Source: Gemmatimonadota bacterium (GTDB lineage Bacteria > Gemmatimonadota > Gemmatimonadetes > Longimicrobiales > Gaopeijiaceae). From it: DNA of 64,000 nt. Shown here one piece after another: positions 10,064 to 19,172 of this stretch. The position numbers and the translations under genes were made by a program. The notes beneath the pieces are model-generated. The model ran no database searches, was not told the DNA's origin, and saw only the letters and a program-made list of their open reading frames with translations. The stretch's first letter is position 1, and each line of letters opens with the position of its first letter. The stretch lies in the NCBI GenBank assembly GCA_034521595.1, contig JAXHMG010000003.1:384001-448000 (forward strand), given 5' to 3'.

Positions 10064-11290
10064 GTGGCCCGCCTCGGAGGATGCGCCGCCGGGCTCCTCG
10101 CGATGGCGCTCGCGGGTTGCGGCTCGGATTCGGAGTCCGGTCTCGACGCGTCGACCCTGGCTGGGCTCCCCTGGGACAGCGTGGTCGAACGGGCGCGCGG
10201 GAGCGAGGTCGTCTGGCGGCTGTGGCGGGGGGATCCGGCCATCAATAGCTACGTGGACGAGTGGGTGGCGCCTCGGCTCGCGGAGCGCTACGACATCCGG
10301 TTGAGGGCCGTCGATGGGCAGGGGGCCGAGCTGGTGAACGCGTTGGTCGTCGAACGGGAAGCCGGGGCCCGGGGGGGTGCGGACCTCCTCTGGATCAACG
10401 GGCAGACCTTCCACAACCTCAGGAGGGAGGACCTCCTGCAGGGCCCTTGGGCGCACGCGCTCCCGTCCGCGGCGTTCGTCGACAGCGCCTCGACCATCGT
10501 CATGCGGGACTTCGAGCAGGACCTGGAGGGCTACGAGTCTCCCTGGGGACGGGTGCAGTTCGCGTTGATCTACGACACCCTGCGGACGCCTACGCCACCG
10601 CGCACCGTGGAGGAGCTGGGCCGCTGGATCGACGAGCATCCCGGGCGCTTTACGCACGACCAGTCGTTCACCGGCATGACGTTCCTCAAGACGCTCATGT
10701 ACGCGCGTGCGGGAGGGGTAGAGCGGTTCGAGGGTGGCTTCGACGAAGACGCGTACCGGGTGGGACGTGATTCCGTGTTCTCGTGGATCGAGGCGCACCG
10801 TGACGATTTCTGGCGGGAGGGGAACGTCTATCCTTCCGGCGTCGCGGACCTGCATCGCCTCTTCGCGAACGGCGAGGTGGACTTTTCCATGTCGAACAAT
10901 GAGAACGAGGCTGTGACCAAGGCGCGGCAGGGCGTGTTGCCGGAGAGCGCCCGTCCGCTGGTGTTGCGCGAAGGCACGATCGCGAACGCGCACTACGTGG
11001 GCATCCCGTTCAACGCCCCCAACCCGGCGGGGGCGATGGTGGTGGCCGACTTCCTGCTCTCACCCGAGGCACAGCTCGAGAAGCGCCGACCCGAGGTGTG
11101 GGGGGACGGGACCGTGCTGGACCTCGATCGGTTGCCCGACCGGTGGCGCGCTCGCTTCGATGCCATCGAGGACGGGCCCCGGGCGGTTCCTCGAGATACC
11201 CTGGCCCGGTATGCGGTGCCGGAGGTCGCGCCCGAATACCATGAGCGCCTTCAGGAAGATTGGCGCAGGCACGTCCGCGACGGGGGATGA
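10064..11290 (+). CDS. ABC transporter substrate-binding lipoprotein, YnjB-like
   Basis: LAGC lipobox; ADLLWINGQTF, ESPWGRVQFALIYD, GTIANAHYVGIPFNA, AMVVADFLLSPEAQ; start uncertain (10037-10103). Confidence 0.85.
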   Translation: MARLGGCAAGLLAMALAGCGSDSESGLDASTLAGLPWDSVVERARGSEVVWRLWRGDPAINSYVDEWVAPRLAERYDIRLRAVDGQGAELVNALVVEREAGARGGADLLWINGQTFHNLRREDLLQGPWAHALPSAAFVDSASTIVMRDFEQDLEGYESPWGRVQFALIYDTLRTPTPPRTVEELGRWIDEHPGRFTHDQSFTGMTFLKTLMYARAGGVERFEGGFDEDAYRVGRDSVFSWIEAHRDDFWREGNVYPSGVADLHRLFANGEVDFSMSNNENEAVTKARQGVLPESARPLVLREGTIANAHYVGIPFNAPNPAGAMVVADFLLSPEAQLEKRRPEVWGDGTVLDLDRLPDRWRARFDAIEDGPRAVPRDTLARYAVPEVAPEYHERLQEDWRRHVRDGG

Positions 11291-12156
11291 GCTCCCGGTC
11301 GGGGCGCTTCGGGATCGCCGCCGCGGCTCTCTTGGCCGCGCCCGTCCTGGTCGGCGCGCTCTACGCGGCCGCCGGGGCCCTGGGCCTCGTGGGGCCGGGC
11401 GCGTCTGGGCGTCCTTCGCTGGCCCGCGCGGTCCGCGTGCTCACGGAGCCGACCGTGGTACAGGGCACTCTGTGGATCTTGTGGGTCGCCGGGGCGTCCA
11501 CGCTCCTGTCCGGAACGGTCGCGGGTGGGATCGCGGTGGTGCTCAGAGGGCGTGGCAAGTTGGAAGGGCTCGGTCGCGGCCTGGCCGTGCTGCCTCTACC
11601 GGTACCGCATCTCGTCGCTGCGGTCGGGGGATTGCTCGTTCTCGGACAGAGTGGCTTACTCGCGCGTGTCGGGTTCCACGCCGGACTGATCGACGGCCCG
11701 GCGGAGATGCCCGCGCTGGTCTACGATCCGCTGGGCGTCGGGTTGATTCTGGCGCTCACGTGGAAGGAGGTCCCGTTCTTGACGCTCGTCGCGGTCTCGG
11801 TCCTGGGCACGCGCGGGGATGCGCTCGAACGAACCGCTCGAGGGCTTGGCGCGGGTGCCGGAGACGTATTCCGGCGCGTCACCTGGCCGATTCTGTGGCG
11901 GGGAATGCTGCCCGCCGCGGTCGCCGTGTTCACCTTCGTGGCGGGGAGTTACGAAGCCGCCGTGATCCTGGCCCCGAGCGACCCTCTCCCACTCCCGGTG
12001 CTCACGTGGGAGCGGTTCGTCGATGCGGGGCTTGCCCGTAGGGCGGACGCCTACGTGCTCGCTCTTCTCGGGTTGGGGATCGCCGCCGTGGCAGTGGCCG
12101 CGCACGAGATCGTCCGAGCCCGGCTGCCCGGACTCGACGGAGGGTCGCAGGCGTGA
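11287..12156 (+). CDS. ABC transporter permease
   Basis: Multiple TM segments; WKEVPF and EAA-like ERTARGLGA motifs; ATGA overlap with the SBP gene. Confidence 0.85.
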   Translation: MSSRSGRFGIAAAALLAAPVLVGALYAAAGALGLVGPGASGRPSLARAVRVLTEPTVVQGTLWILWVAGASTLLSGTVAGGIAVVLRGRGKLEGLGRGLAVLPLPVPHLVAAVGGLLVLGQSGLLARVGFHAGLIDGPAEMPALVYDPLGVGLILALTWKEVPFLTLVAVSVLGTRGDALERTARGLGAGAGDVFRRVTWPILWRGMLPAAVAVFTFVAGSYEAAVILAPSDPLPLPVLTWERFVDAGLARRADAYVLALLGLGIAAVAVAAHEIVRARLPGLDGGSQA

Positions 12157-12965
12157 CGCGCGCGACGAGGTTCTCGGCCCTTCCTTCGCTCCGGGCCTGG
12201 CTCGTGGTGTTGCTCGCCGCATGGTCCCTCCTCCCGCTCGTGTTGCTCGTCGTGATCTCCGTCAGCGGAGGATGGCGCTTCCCTTCGTTGCTCGGAGCCG
12301 ACCCGGGGCTCGATGCGTGGCGGAGCCTGAGACAGAGCACCGGTCGTCTGCTCCCCGCACTCTACACCAGTCTGGGACTCGGCGTCGGCACTGGGGGCCT
12401 CGCTGCGGTGTTGGGGCTGCCGATCGGCAGGGCTCTGTCCGACCTGCGAGGCGTGTGGAGATTCGTCGGTGCCGGATGTGCCTTTCTCCCCGTGGCCGCA
12501 CCGCCGCTCGCACTCGGCGTGGGGCTCCAGTACAGCTTCCTGCGCGCGGGACTCGGCGGGAGCGCAGTCGGTGTGACGCTGGCGCATCTGATTCCCGCGC
12601 TCGGCTACACGTCCCTTTTCTTCCTGGGCGTATTCGCGGTGTTCGACCGCGGGGTCGAGGCGGAGGCCCGGCGACTGGGGGCGGGCGGGTGGCAGACCTT
12701 GACACGGGTCACGCTGCCGCTGCTGCGACGCCCCCTGGCCGAAGCGTTCGTGCTGGGGTTCCTGGTCTCGTGGGCACAGGTGCCGTTGACCTTGCTGGTC
12801 GGTCAGGGGCGGGTGCGGACCCTGACGGTCGAGGTGCTGTCGTGGGTCCAGGCCGGTCAGGATCCGCTCGCCGCGGCGGGCGCGACGCTGCTCGTGATTC
12901 CGCCGCTGCTTCTGATGGGAGCGGCCGCGCTCGGGTTCCAGCGAGCGCAGGTGGTGGCGCCGTGA
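12153..12965 (+). CDS. ABC transporter permease
   Basis: TM segments; EAEARRLGA EAA motif. Confidence 0.85.
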   Translation: MTRATRFSALPSLRAWLVVLLAAWSLLPLVLLVVISVSGGWRFPSLLGADPGLDAWRSLRQSTGRLLPALYTSLGLGVGTGGLAAVLGLPIGRALSDLRGVWRFVGAGCAFLPVAAPPLALGVGLQYSFLRAGLGGSAVGVTLAHLIPALGYTSLFFLGVFAVFDRGVEAEARRLGAGGWQTLTRVTLPLLRRPLAEAFVLGFLVSWAQVPLTLLVGQGRVRTLTVEVLSWVQAGQDPLAAAGATLLVIPPLLLMGAAALGFQRAQVVAP

Positions 12966-14074
12966 GCGTTCTCGAAGTCGAAGGTCTGGCGGTCCCCTTC
13001 GGGCACGAGCCGGGCTTGCGGGAGATCTCCTTCACGGTGGGCCGCGGCGAGCGTTTCGTGCTCGTCGGTGCCTCCGGAGCAGGGAAGACCAGCCTGCTCA
13101 ACGCGATCGTCGGCTCACTCGAACCCTCGGCCGGGCGAGTCCGCATCGGTGGAGACGACGTGACCCGGTGGACGGTGAACCGGAGACCTTGCGTCCTCCT
13201 GTCGCAGACGCCGCTACTCTTTCCACACCTGACGGTCTTCGAGAACGTCGCCTTTCCGCTCAGGGTGAGGCGCGTGCCGTCCGGAGAGCTAAAGGAGCGC
13301 GTGGAGGAGGCGCTCGCCGCCGTGCGCATGAGCGGATACGACGAGCGGCGTCCGGCCACGCTCTCCGGAGGCCAGGCGAGACGGGTCGCGCTCGCCCGCG
13401 CGGTGGTCTCCCGGCCGCCGGTGCTCCTTCTCGACGAGCCTCTCTCCGCGCTCGACGCCACGCTGAAGGACGAGGTTCGGAGAACGATCCTGGACCTCCA
13501 CGCCGACTACCGGCCGGCCCTCGTCATGGTGACCCACGATCTCGCGGAGGCCGGACGGATCGGTGATCGCATCGGGGTGCTGGTGGGTGGAACGCTGGCG
13601 CAGGTGGGGATGCCCGAGGAGATCTTTCGGGGGCCTGCCACGCTGGAGGTGGCGCGGTTCCTCGGGCTACCGAACGAGTTGGACGGTGTCGTGGAGAAAG
13701 ACGGAGCGCTGCGCGTCGGCGGCGTGTGTGTCCCGCGCCCGAACACGGGGTGGAGCGGGAATCTCGGCACCGGGCCGGACTGCGGCCGACGGCAGGTGCG
13801 TGTCGTTTTCGGGCCGGACGGTGCCGAGCTCGCCGCCGTCGGATTTACGAGCAACGATGGCGGGGCGTGCACGGGTCGGGTGGAGGAGGTCGTGCACCGA
13901 CCCGATGGCGTCAACGTGCGGGTTCGAACCGAGCTCGGCGTCGTCGAGCTCGGCGTCTCTCCCGACCGGATTCCCGCGGTGGGCCGGGACGTGGCGCTAC
14001 GGCTTCGGGCGGGGAGTGTGCACCTCTATGGCAACGACGCCGGATCCTCCGGAGGTCGTTCCGTCCCGTCATGA
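12962..14074 (+). CDS. ABC transporter ATP-binding protein (PotA/YnjD-like)
   Basis: GASGAGKT Walker A, LSGGQ, LLLDEP, VTHD; GTG start overlaps the permease stop. Confidence 0.92.
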   Translation: MSVLEVEGLAVPFGHEPGLREISFTVGRGERFVLVGASGAGKTSLLNAIVGSLEPSAGRVRIGGDDVTRWTVNRRPCVLLSQTPLLFPHLTVFENVAFPLRVRRVPSGELKERVEEALAAVRMSGYDERRPATLSGGQARRVALARAVVSRPPVLLLDEPLSALDATLKDEVRRTILDLHADYRPALVMVTHDLAEAGRIGDRIGVLVGGTLAQVGMPEEIFRGPATLEVARFLGLPNELDGVVEKDGALRVGGVCVPRPNTGWSGNLGTGPDCGRRQVRVVFGPDGAELAAVGFTSNDGGACTGRVEEVVHRPDGVNVRVRTELGVVELGVSPDRIPAVGRDVALRLRAGSVHLYGNDAGSSGGRSVPS

Positions 14075-14643
14075 TGACGCAGTCGCATTTTCTGGTCTCG
14101 GGCTTGCTGGCCCATGGGCTTCGTCGGCGTGAGCTCGACGTGCGCGTGCCCGCGTTCCTGGTCGGCTCGGTTGCGCCGGACCTTCCCCTCACGCTCCTCA
14201 CCGTCTGGTTCTACTACGTGCCGTTGGGCGGCCTGGCGAGCACCCACGACGACCTCTTCGGCCCACTCTACGATCAGTATTTCTTCGAAGACCCCTTCTG
14301 GATCGTGTCGCACAACACGCTCCACGCGCCCCTCGTTCTGATCGCGTTGATCCTCGTGGGGCGGGCTCTGACGCGACGAGGCCTGGGTCTCGGTCCAGCC
14401 CTCGCTTGGTTCGCGATCGCGGCGCTGCTCCACTCGGCGATCGACGTCGTCACGCACGTGCAGGACGGACCGCTCCTGTTCTTTCCGTTCGAATGGTCGT
14501 ATCGCTTCCCGGCGCCGGTGTCGTATTGGGATCCGCGCCACGGGGGCGCGGTGTTCTCCAGGGTAGAGTGGGGCCTCGACCTCGCGATCGTCGCCTACTT
14601 TCTGGTGTTCTGGTGGCGTGAGTGGCGGCGGGGCGCGTCATGA
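14071..14643 (+). CDS. Membrane-bound metal-dependent hydrolase (YdjM-like)
   Basis: TQSH, GSVAPDLP, HNTLH, HSAIDVVTH, SYWDP motifs. Confidence 0.75.
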   Translation: MMTQSHFLVSGLLAHGLRRRELDVRVPAFLVGSVAPDLPLTLLTVWFYYVPLGGLASTHDDLFGPLYDQYFFEDPFWIVSHNTLHAPLVLIALILVGRALTRRGLGLGPALAWFAIAALLHSAIDVVTHVQDGPLLFFPFEWSYRFPAPVSYWDPRHGGAVFSRVEWGLDLAIVAYFLVFWWREWRRGAS

Positions 14644-14933
14644 GCGGCCTCGACCAGTACGGTGAGGCGGTCGGGAACGTCTTCAACATCTACCCTGAAT
14701 CGATGCCGGACTGGATCGAAGATTGGCTGCCGAACGACGAGTCGGGGTACTTCGCGGGCAACGTCGGCCCGGGAAGGATCGACTTCCGGTTCTTCGCGCA
14801 GGGGAACCTGATGGCCTGTTTCACGGGTCTGGCCACGCCGGCGCAGCGCGACGGCCTGATGTCCTTGGTCGAGACCCGGTGGAGCGAGCTCGTCGGCGAG
14901 GCCCCGCTGCGGATCGTGTATCCGGCCCTATAG
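14640..14933 (+). pseudogene. Internal fragment of an alkaline/neutral invertase (GH100)
   Basis: FNIYPESMPDW...GYFAGNVGPGRIDFRFFAQGNLMA...RWSELVGEAPLRIVYPAL matches a GH100 mid-region; only 97 aa. Confidence 0.75.
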
Positions 14934-15099
14934 GCAGCGACCGAGCCGCCGCGGCGTCGAGGAAGAACACGGATCGTGGGTTCTCCACGCGGCCGGCGGG
15001 AGTCGACCGGCTCCCCTTGTTTCGGGGCTCCTTGGATCCGTCGGGCCCATCGCCGGTTCCGTCGCGCCTTTAATGGGGTCGGAAGCGCGTGTGTGTTCC

Positions 15100-15125
15100 G
15101 GAACTACCGTGGCGAGACGTCGGTT
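15100..15125 (+). promoter_or_regulatory. GGAAC-N18-GTT ECF-type promoter
   Basis: GGAAC 15100-15104, GTT 15123-15125, 38 nt before the cupredoxin ATG. Confidence 0.65.
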
Positions 15126-15163
15126 CTTGAGTGCCATCTCGACTTCTACCGGAAGGTTGAAAC

Positions 15164-16021
15164 ATGTGCGCTCTCACTCCTCCGAATCTTAGTCGCCGAC
15201 AGTTTCTGGCAGCGACTTCCTTGTTGCCGATCGGCCTGTTGCTTTCGAGTTGCCGCGACGACGGTGCCTCCGATACTGCGTCCCGCTCCGCCGTGGGGAG
15301 TCACGCCCCCGGTGACACCACGGGACTCCCGCCCCGGGTCGTCGCGCTACGGAGCGAAGCCGGAACCTTTCGCTTCGACCCCGTGGGCATCTTGCTGGAG
15401 CCCGAAAGCGACCTGCATTGGCTCAATATGGGTGATTTCCATACAACGACCGCCTTTCATCCTGAGTACGACGACCTCCTGGCTGCAGGGGTACCGCTGC
15501 GCATACCGGAGGAGGCCGAGCCATGGCACAGCGGCATGTTGGGGCTGACCGCGGGGACCCAGTTCACGCATCGATTCACGGTGGAGGGCGTGTACGACTA
15601 TTTCTGCCAACCCCACTACAGCTTCGGCATGGTGGGCAGGGTCGTCGTGGGTCGACCCGGATCAGGACCGGCTGTGGGCAACCCGTTGCCGGAGACGCCT
15701 CCCACGCTTCGGGAGAACATGCCTGCCGTGGACGAGATCGTGGGTCCGGGGGGCGTGGTGTTCGAGTGGTCCGCCCGAATCAATGGCGTGCTCTTTCAGG
15801 CAGCCAACGGAGACGACCCCGCTCGGTTCGCGACGGAGGTTGCCCGAGGGATGAAGGAGCACCCGGCGCTTCGCGACTACCTGGGAGAGCGTGGCCGCCG
15901 CCTGGAGGAGGAGATGGCTTCCTTCCGGGAGGCCGCGGTTTCCGGAGAAGGCTACGAGACCTTGGTCCGACGAGCCGACGCGGCCAAGGAGATCCTCCAA
16001 GCGAGCCGAGGCCGGGGCTGA
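15164..16021 (+). CDS. Tat-exported cupredoxin (halocyanin/plastocyanin-like) with a C-terminal helical extension
   Basis: SRRQFL Tat motif, LSSC lipobox; type-1 Cu ligands FHTTT and YFCQPHYSFGM. Confidence 0.85.
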   Translation: MCALTPPNLSRRQFLAATSLLPIGLLLSSCRDDGASDTASRSAVGSHAPGDTTGLPPRVVALRSEAGTFRFDPVGILLEPESDLHWLNMGDFHTTTAFHPEYDDLLAAGVPLRIPEEAEPWHSGMLGLTAGTQFTHRFTVEGVYDYFCQPHYSFGMVGRVVVGRPGSGPAVGNPLPETPPTLRENMPAVDEIVGPGGVVFEWSARINGVLFQAANGDDPARFATEVARGMKEHPALRDYLGERGRRLEEEMASFREAAVSGEGYETLVRRADAAKEILQASRGRG

Positions 16022-16032
16022 ACAGCCGGTCG

Positions 16033-16058
16033 GGAACGATTCCGTAACCCGTCCCGTT
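16033..16058 (+). promoter_or_regulatory. GGAAC-N18-GTT ECF-type promoter
   Basis: GGAAC 16033-16037, GTT 16056-16058. Confidence 0.65.
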
Positions 16059-16176
16059 AGAGGTCTGCCGGCGCGGCGGATCCGCCGTCGCGCCTCACGA
16101 GAGTGAGCTGGCGCGAGGATGCCTCGCGACGGCGAATCTTTAGAACCCTGTTGCTTGGAACGAGGCGGTTGCTGAC

Positions 16177-16968
16177 ATGGACATGACGAAGATTTCAGGA
16201 TTGGCGGGACTGCTCGGGTTGGCGGCTCTGGTGCCGGCGAGCTCCGGCTTCGTGCCCACCGACGAAGCCCCACCGGCCGCGACGTCCGAGGCGGAGCATT
16301 CGGTCGCGGCAGGTCAGTGGCATATTCGAGCGGAGGGAGCTCGGATCATCGGCGGTTACGGCGACAACTTCGCCTACGACGGTGAGAATGTGCGACCTCT
16401 CGACGGTGAGGCCGAGATGCGCCTGAACACGGCTGACGGCACCGGTGAGCTCGAGGTCACGATCCGGACCACACCGGAATCGGGTCCGATCCACTTTTCC
16501 GCGGACCAGTCGTGGGAAGGCGAGATCCGCATAGTGAAGCAGCTCAACACCGAGCAGATGGACATGGCTCGAGTGGAGGAAGAAGTCTGGCTTCACGGCG
16601 ATACGGGCAACGAGGCGCCGGTCATGCCTCGGCTCTTCAACTATTTCGCCACGTGGGGGCCTTCCCAGATCTTCGTGAACGGCGAGCGGGTCGTCCCGAT
16701 GATCGGAAGCCATACCATGTTGTCCGAGCAGGCTCGAGGGGCGGACGGCAGGATCGCCAAGGCCGGCCAGGTCTATGGCCCCATGGCCGGGGACAAGACC
16801 GGATTCACCAACCCGTCCGAGACCGAGTTCCACTACGTGGCCCATACCACGCAGCCGGACGAGAACAACTTCCCGCCCCATACTGCGTGGATCCACCTCC
16901 ACTTCTCCGACGTCGAAGTGCTGGAGAAGCCGGCCGACGTGGAGATTCCGTACCAGCGTGCGAGGTAG
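16177..16968 (+). CDS. Secreted hypothetical protein with several His/Met-containing motifs
   Basis: Signal peptide; WLHGDTG, GSHTM, FHYVAH, PHTAWIHLHF; GC3-biased codons. Confidence 0.75.
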   Translation: MDMTKISGLAGLLGLAALVPASSGFVPTDEAPPAATSEAEHSVAAGQWHIRAEGARIIGGYGDNFAYDGENVRPLDGEAEMRLNTADGTGELEVTIRTTPESGPIHFSADQSWEGEIRIVKQLNTEQMDMARVEEEVWLHGDTGNEAPVMPRLFNYFATWGPSQIFVNGERVVPMIGSHTMLSEQARGADGRIAKAGQVYGPMAGDKTGFTNPSETEFHYVAHTTQPDENNFPPHTAWIHLHFSDVEVLEKPADVEIPYQRAR

Positions 16969-16992
16969 GACGCGCCCAACGATTCCGAAACG

Positions 16993-17023
16993 GGGAGCGG
17001 GCCCGGCTCGAGGGTCCGCTCCC
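16993..17023 (+). terminator. GC-rich hairpin after the secreted-protein gene
   Basis: GGGAGCGGGCCC-7nt-GGGTCCGCTCCC; no U-tract. Confidence 0.4.
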
Positions 17024-17059
17024 GCCCCGGACGAGCACCCTGTTCTCGATGCGGTCCGA

Positions 17060-17088
17060 AGAACCGTTCGCCGCTCGTTCCGGTTGGG
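17060..17088 (+). promoter_or_regulatory. AGAAC-N18-GTT ECF-type promoter
   Basis: GAAC 17061-17064, GTTGGG from 17083. Confidence 0.6.
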
Positions 17089-17135
17089 GGAATGTACGAC
17101 CTGCGGTCACTCCGGTCACACGGGAGGTCGGCGAC

Positions 17136-17651
17136 ATGAGCCGGACGCTCGAGGAACAGATCAGCTCGGAGCTCGATACGCTCTGGCAGGCGGCGCTCTT
17201 CCTTACCGGTGGGGTGGAGCAAAGAGCCGAGCCCCTCTTATTGCATGTCATCACGTTGGTGAGCCACGAGGATCCCGGCGCGCTCGAACGTGAAGACGGC
17301 ACGGACGTGCTCGAGCGATTCATGCTCCGACAGTTCTTCGATCAGCCGCTGCGTGGGGGGGACTCTCCACCACGCTCCACGAGCTCGTGTGAAGGGGTCG
17401 ACCCGGACGTCGCCGAGTTGCTCAACGACGCGGGCGCGGTTCCCGATCGAGCGAGGCCCGCGTTGTGGCTGGTGCTCGTTCGCAGGCGATCCTACGAAGA
17501 GGCGGCGGAGGTCTTGGGGATCGAAGGCGACACGTTGAGGGAGCTTCTGGGCTACCGTGACGTCCTCATGGCGAGAGTCGCTGCTCGATCGGGTGGACGT
17601 GTGCCCGGGGACCCCGAGGGGGGATCGACGTCACGGGAGGGAGCGTCGTGA
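17136..17651 (+). CDS. Degenerate ECF sigma-like protein
   Basis: LDTLWQAALFLTG (region 2-like) and SYEEAAEVLGI (region 4-like); lacks DAEDxxQ and GTVKSR; RBS GGAGG. Confidence 0.65.
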   Translation: MSRTLEEQISSELDTLWQAALFLTGGVEQRAEPLLLHVITLVSHEDPGALEREDGTDVLERFMLRQFFDQPLRGGDSPPRSTSSCEGVDPDVAELLNDAGAVPDRARPALWLVLVRRRSYEEAAEVLGIEGDTLRELLGYRDVLMARVAARSGGRVPGDPEGGSTSREGAS

Positions 17652-18457
17652 ACTGCAGGGAGGCACGTGAAGGGCTGTGGCCACCGGAACGACCACGACT
17701 GCTCGACCCGGAGATCGAACGTGCGCGGGAGCATGTTCGGCACTGCCCGGAATGTGCCCGGTATTTCCAGCAGGATCGCGCGGTGCTCGATTCGTGGCAC
17801 CGGCTGCGCGGTGTTCGTGCGCCCCTACGGGTGCGCCTACACGTCTTTCAGGCACTCGCCCGGGCTCGTGGAGAAGGTGGAGAAGTCCGAATCGCCGAGG
17901 AGTCGACCGGAGCGCCGACGGGAGAAGTGGGACGTTCTCGGGCCAGGCGATGGATGGCTGTCGCGATCGTGGCGTTGATCGTCGTTGGATCCGTCTCGGT
18001 GGTGTTCGGCTCGACCTGGTCGCAGGAGAGGGTCGCGTCGGAGCCCGAGCCGGCGGCTGCGGGGTCCGAGGCCGCGTTCGTCGAGGACTACCTCAGGCGT
18101 GCCGTGGGCGAGGACTATCTCGAGACGTCGGATCGAGCCGAGATCGCCCGCTTTCTGCGACGGGAGCTGGGATTGCAGTCCGAGCTTCTGGAGCTGTCGG
18201 GACTCGTGCCCACCAGAGTGGAGATTTGCTTACTCGAGGGACGGCGCGGAGCGATGGTGGTTTATCGGCTCGACGGAGAGCGTGTGACGCACTACCTCGT
18301 GCCGAAGCGCGCGGAAGACCGCCCACCACGGGTCGCGCGGGAACACGGGGCTCTGGCCGTCGTGACTTGGGCCTCCTCGACGATCGAAGAGGCTCTCGTG
18401 GGACAAGTCTCGCCGGATACACTCCTCCAACTCGCGCGGGACGGCGTCTCCGAATAG
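17648..18457 (+). CDS. Membrane-anchored zinc anti-sigma factor (zf-HC2/ZAS)
   Basis: MNC...HVRHCPEC, one TM helix, extracytoplasmic domain. Confidence 0.8.
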   Translation: MNCREAREGLWPPERPRLLDPEIERAREHVRHCPECARYFQQDRAVLDSWHRLRGVRAPLRVRLHVFQALARARGEGGEVRIAEESTGAPTGEVGRSRARRWMAVAIVALIVVGSVSVVFGSTWSQERVASEPEPAAAGSEAAFVEDYLRRAVGEDYLETSDRAEIARFLRRELGLQSELLELSGLVPTRVEICLLEGRRGAMVVYRLDGERVTHYLVPKRAEDRPPRVAREHGALAVVTWASSTIEEALVGQVSPDTLLQLARDGVSE

Positions 18458-18497
18458 GTGCACCCCTCCTCGGGAACTTTCCGGCATGCTCGGTAAT

Positions 18498-18513
18498 TGT
18501 ACCGGTTGGTACA
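18498..18513. promoter_or_regulatory. Palindromic operator TGTACC-GGTT-GGTACA (TetR/NemR-like)
   Basis: Perfect 6-4-6 inverted repeat 37 nt upstream of the AhpD-TetR operon. Confidence 0.65.
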
Positions 18514-18550
18514 GTCCGTATCGACTCAATTCAGATGAACGGGAGACACG

Positions 18551-19120
18551 ATGACCGACTTCAAGCTCCAGACCGCTGAAACCGCCACGCCCGAGGGCCG
18601 CGAAGCCATCGAGAAGGCTGAGCAGGGCATGGGCTTCGCGCCCAACCTGGTCAAGATCCTCGCCAACGCTCCAGCGGCGGCCCATGCCTATCTCGACCTC
18701 AACGCGCTGCTCGACAGTACTTCCCTGTCGCCACAGGAGCAGCAGGTGGTGTTGCTTGCCACGAGCTTCGAGAACGAGTGCGGTTATTGCATGGGGGCCC
18801 ATTCGACCGTGGCCGGGATGGTCGGGCTCGACGACGGTGATCTCCAAGCGATTCGTGAGGGCACCGAGCTGCCCACCGCCCGCTTGAACGCGCTCCGGGA
18901 TTTCACCCGAGCCGTCGTGCGGAAGCGCGGTTATGTGACCGAGGACGACATTCGTCGATTCCGTGACGCGGGCTTCGAGCAGGAGCAGGTGCTCGAGGTG
19001 CTCCTCGGCGTCGCGATGAAGACCCTCTCGAACTACACGAACCACATCGCCAATACGCCGCTCGACGAGGCGTTCCAGGCGCAGCAGTGGTCGCCTCCGA
19101 AGGGTGCGGTCACCGCGTGA
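18551..19120 (+). CDS. AhpD/carboxymuconolactone decarboxylase family protein (CxxC)
   Basis: ENECGYCMGAH, KTLSNYTNH motifs. Confidence 0.9.
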   Translation: MTDFKLQTAETATPEGREAIEKAEQGMGFAPNLVKILANAPAAAHAYLDLNALLDSTSLSPQEQQVVLLATSFENECGYCMGAHSTVAGMVGLDDGDLQAIREGTELPTARLNALRDFTRAVVRKRGYVTEDDIRRFRDAGFEQEQVLEVLLGVAMKTLSNYTNHIANTPLDEAFQAQQWSPPKGAVTA

Positions 19121-19172
19121 TGAACGGGCCGCCGGTCGGGTGGGGATGTCTCACCCGGCCGGCGGGCTCACC

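Noticed and set aside
12023-12961. 683-aa ABC ATPase with a long N-terminal extension
   Set aside because: The extension overlaps the permease in another frame; GTG at 12962 fits the operon coupling.
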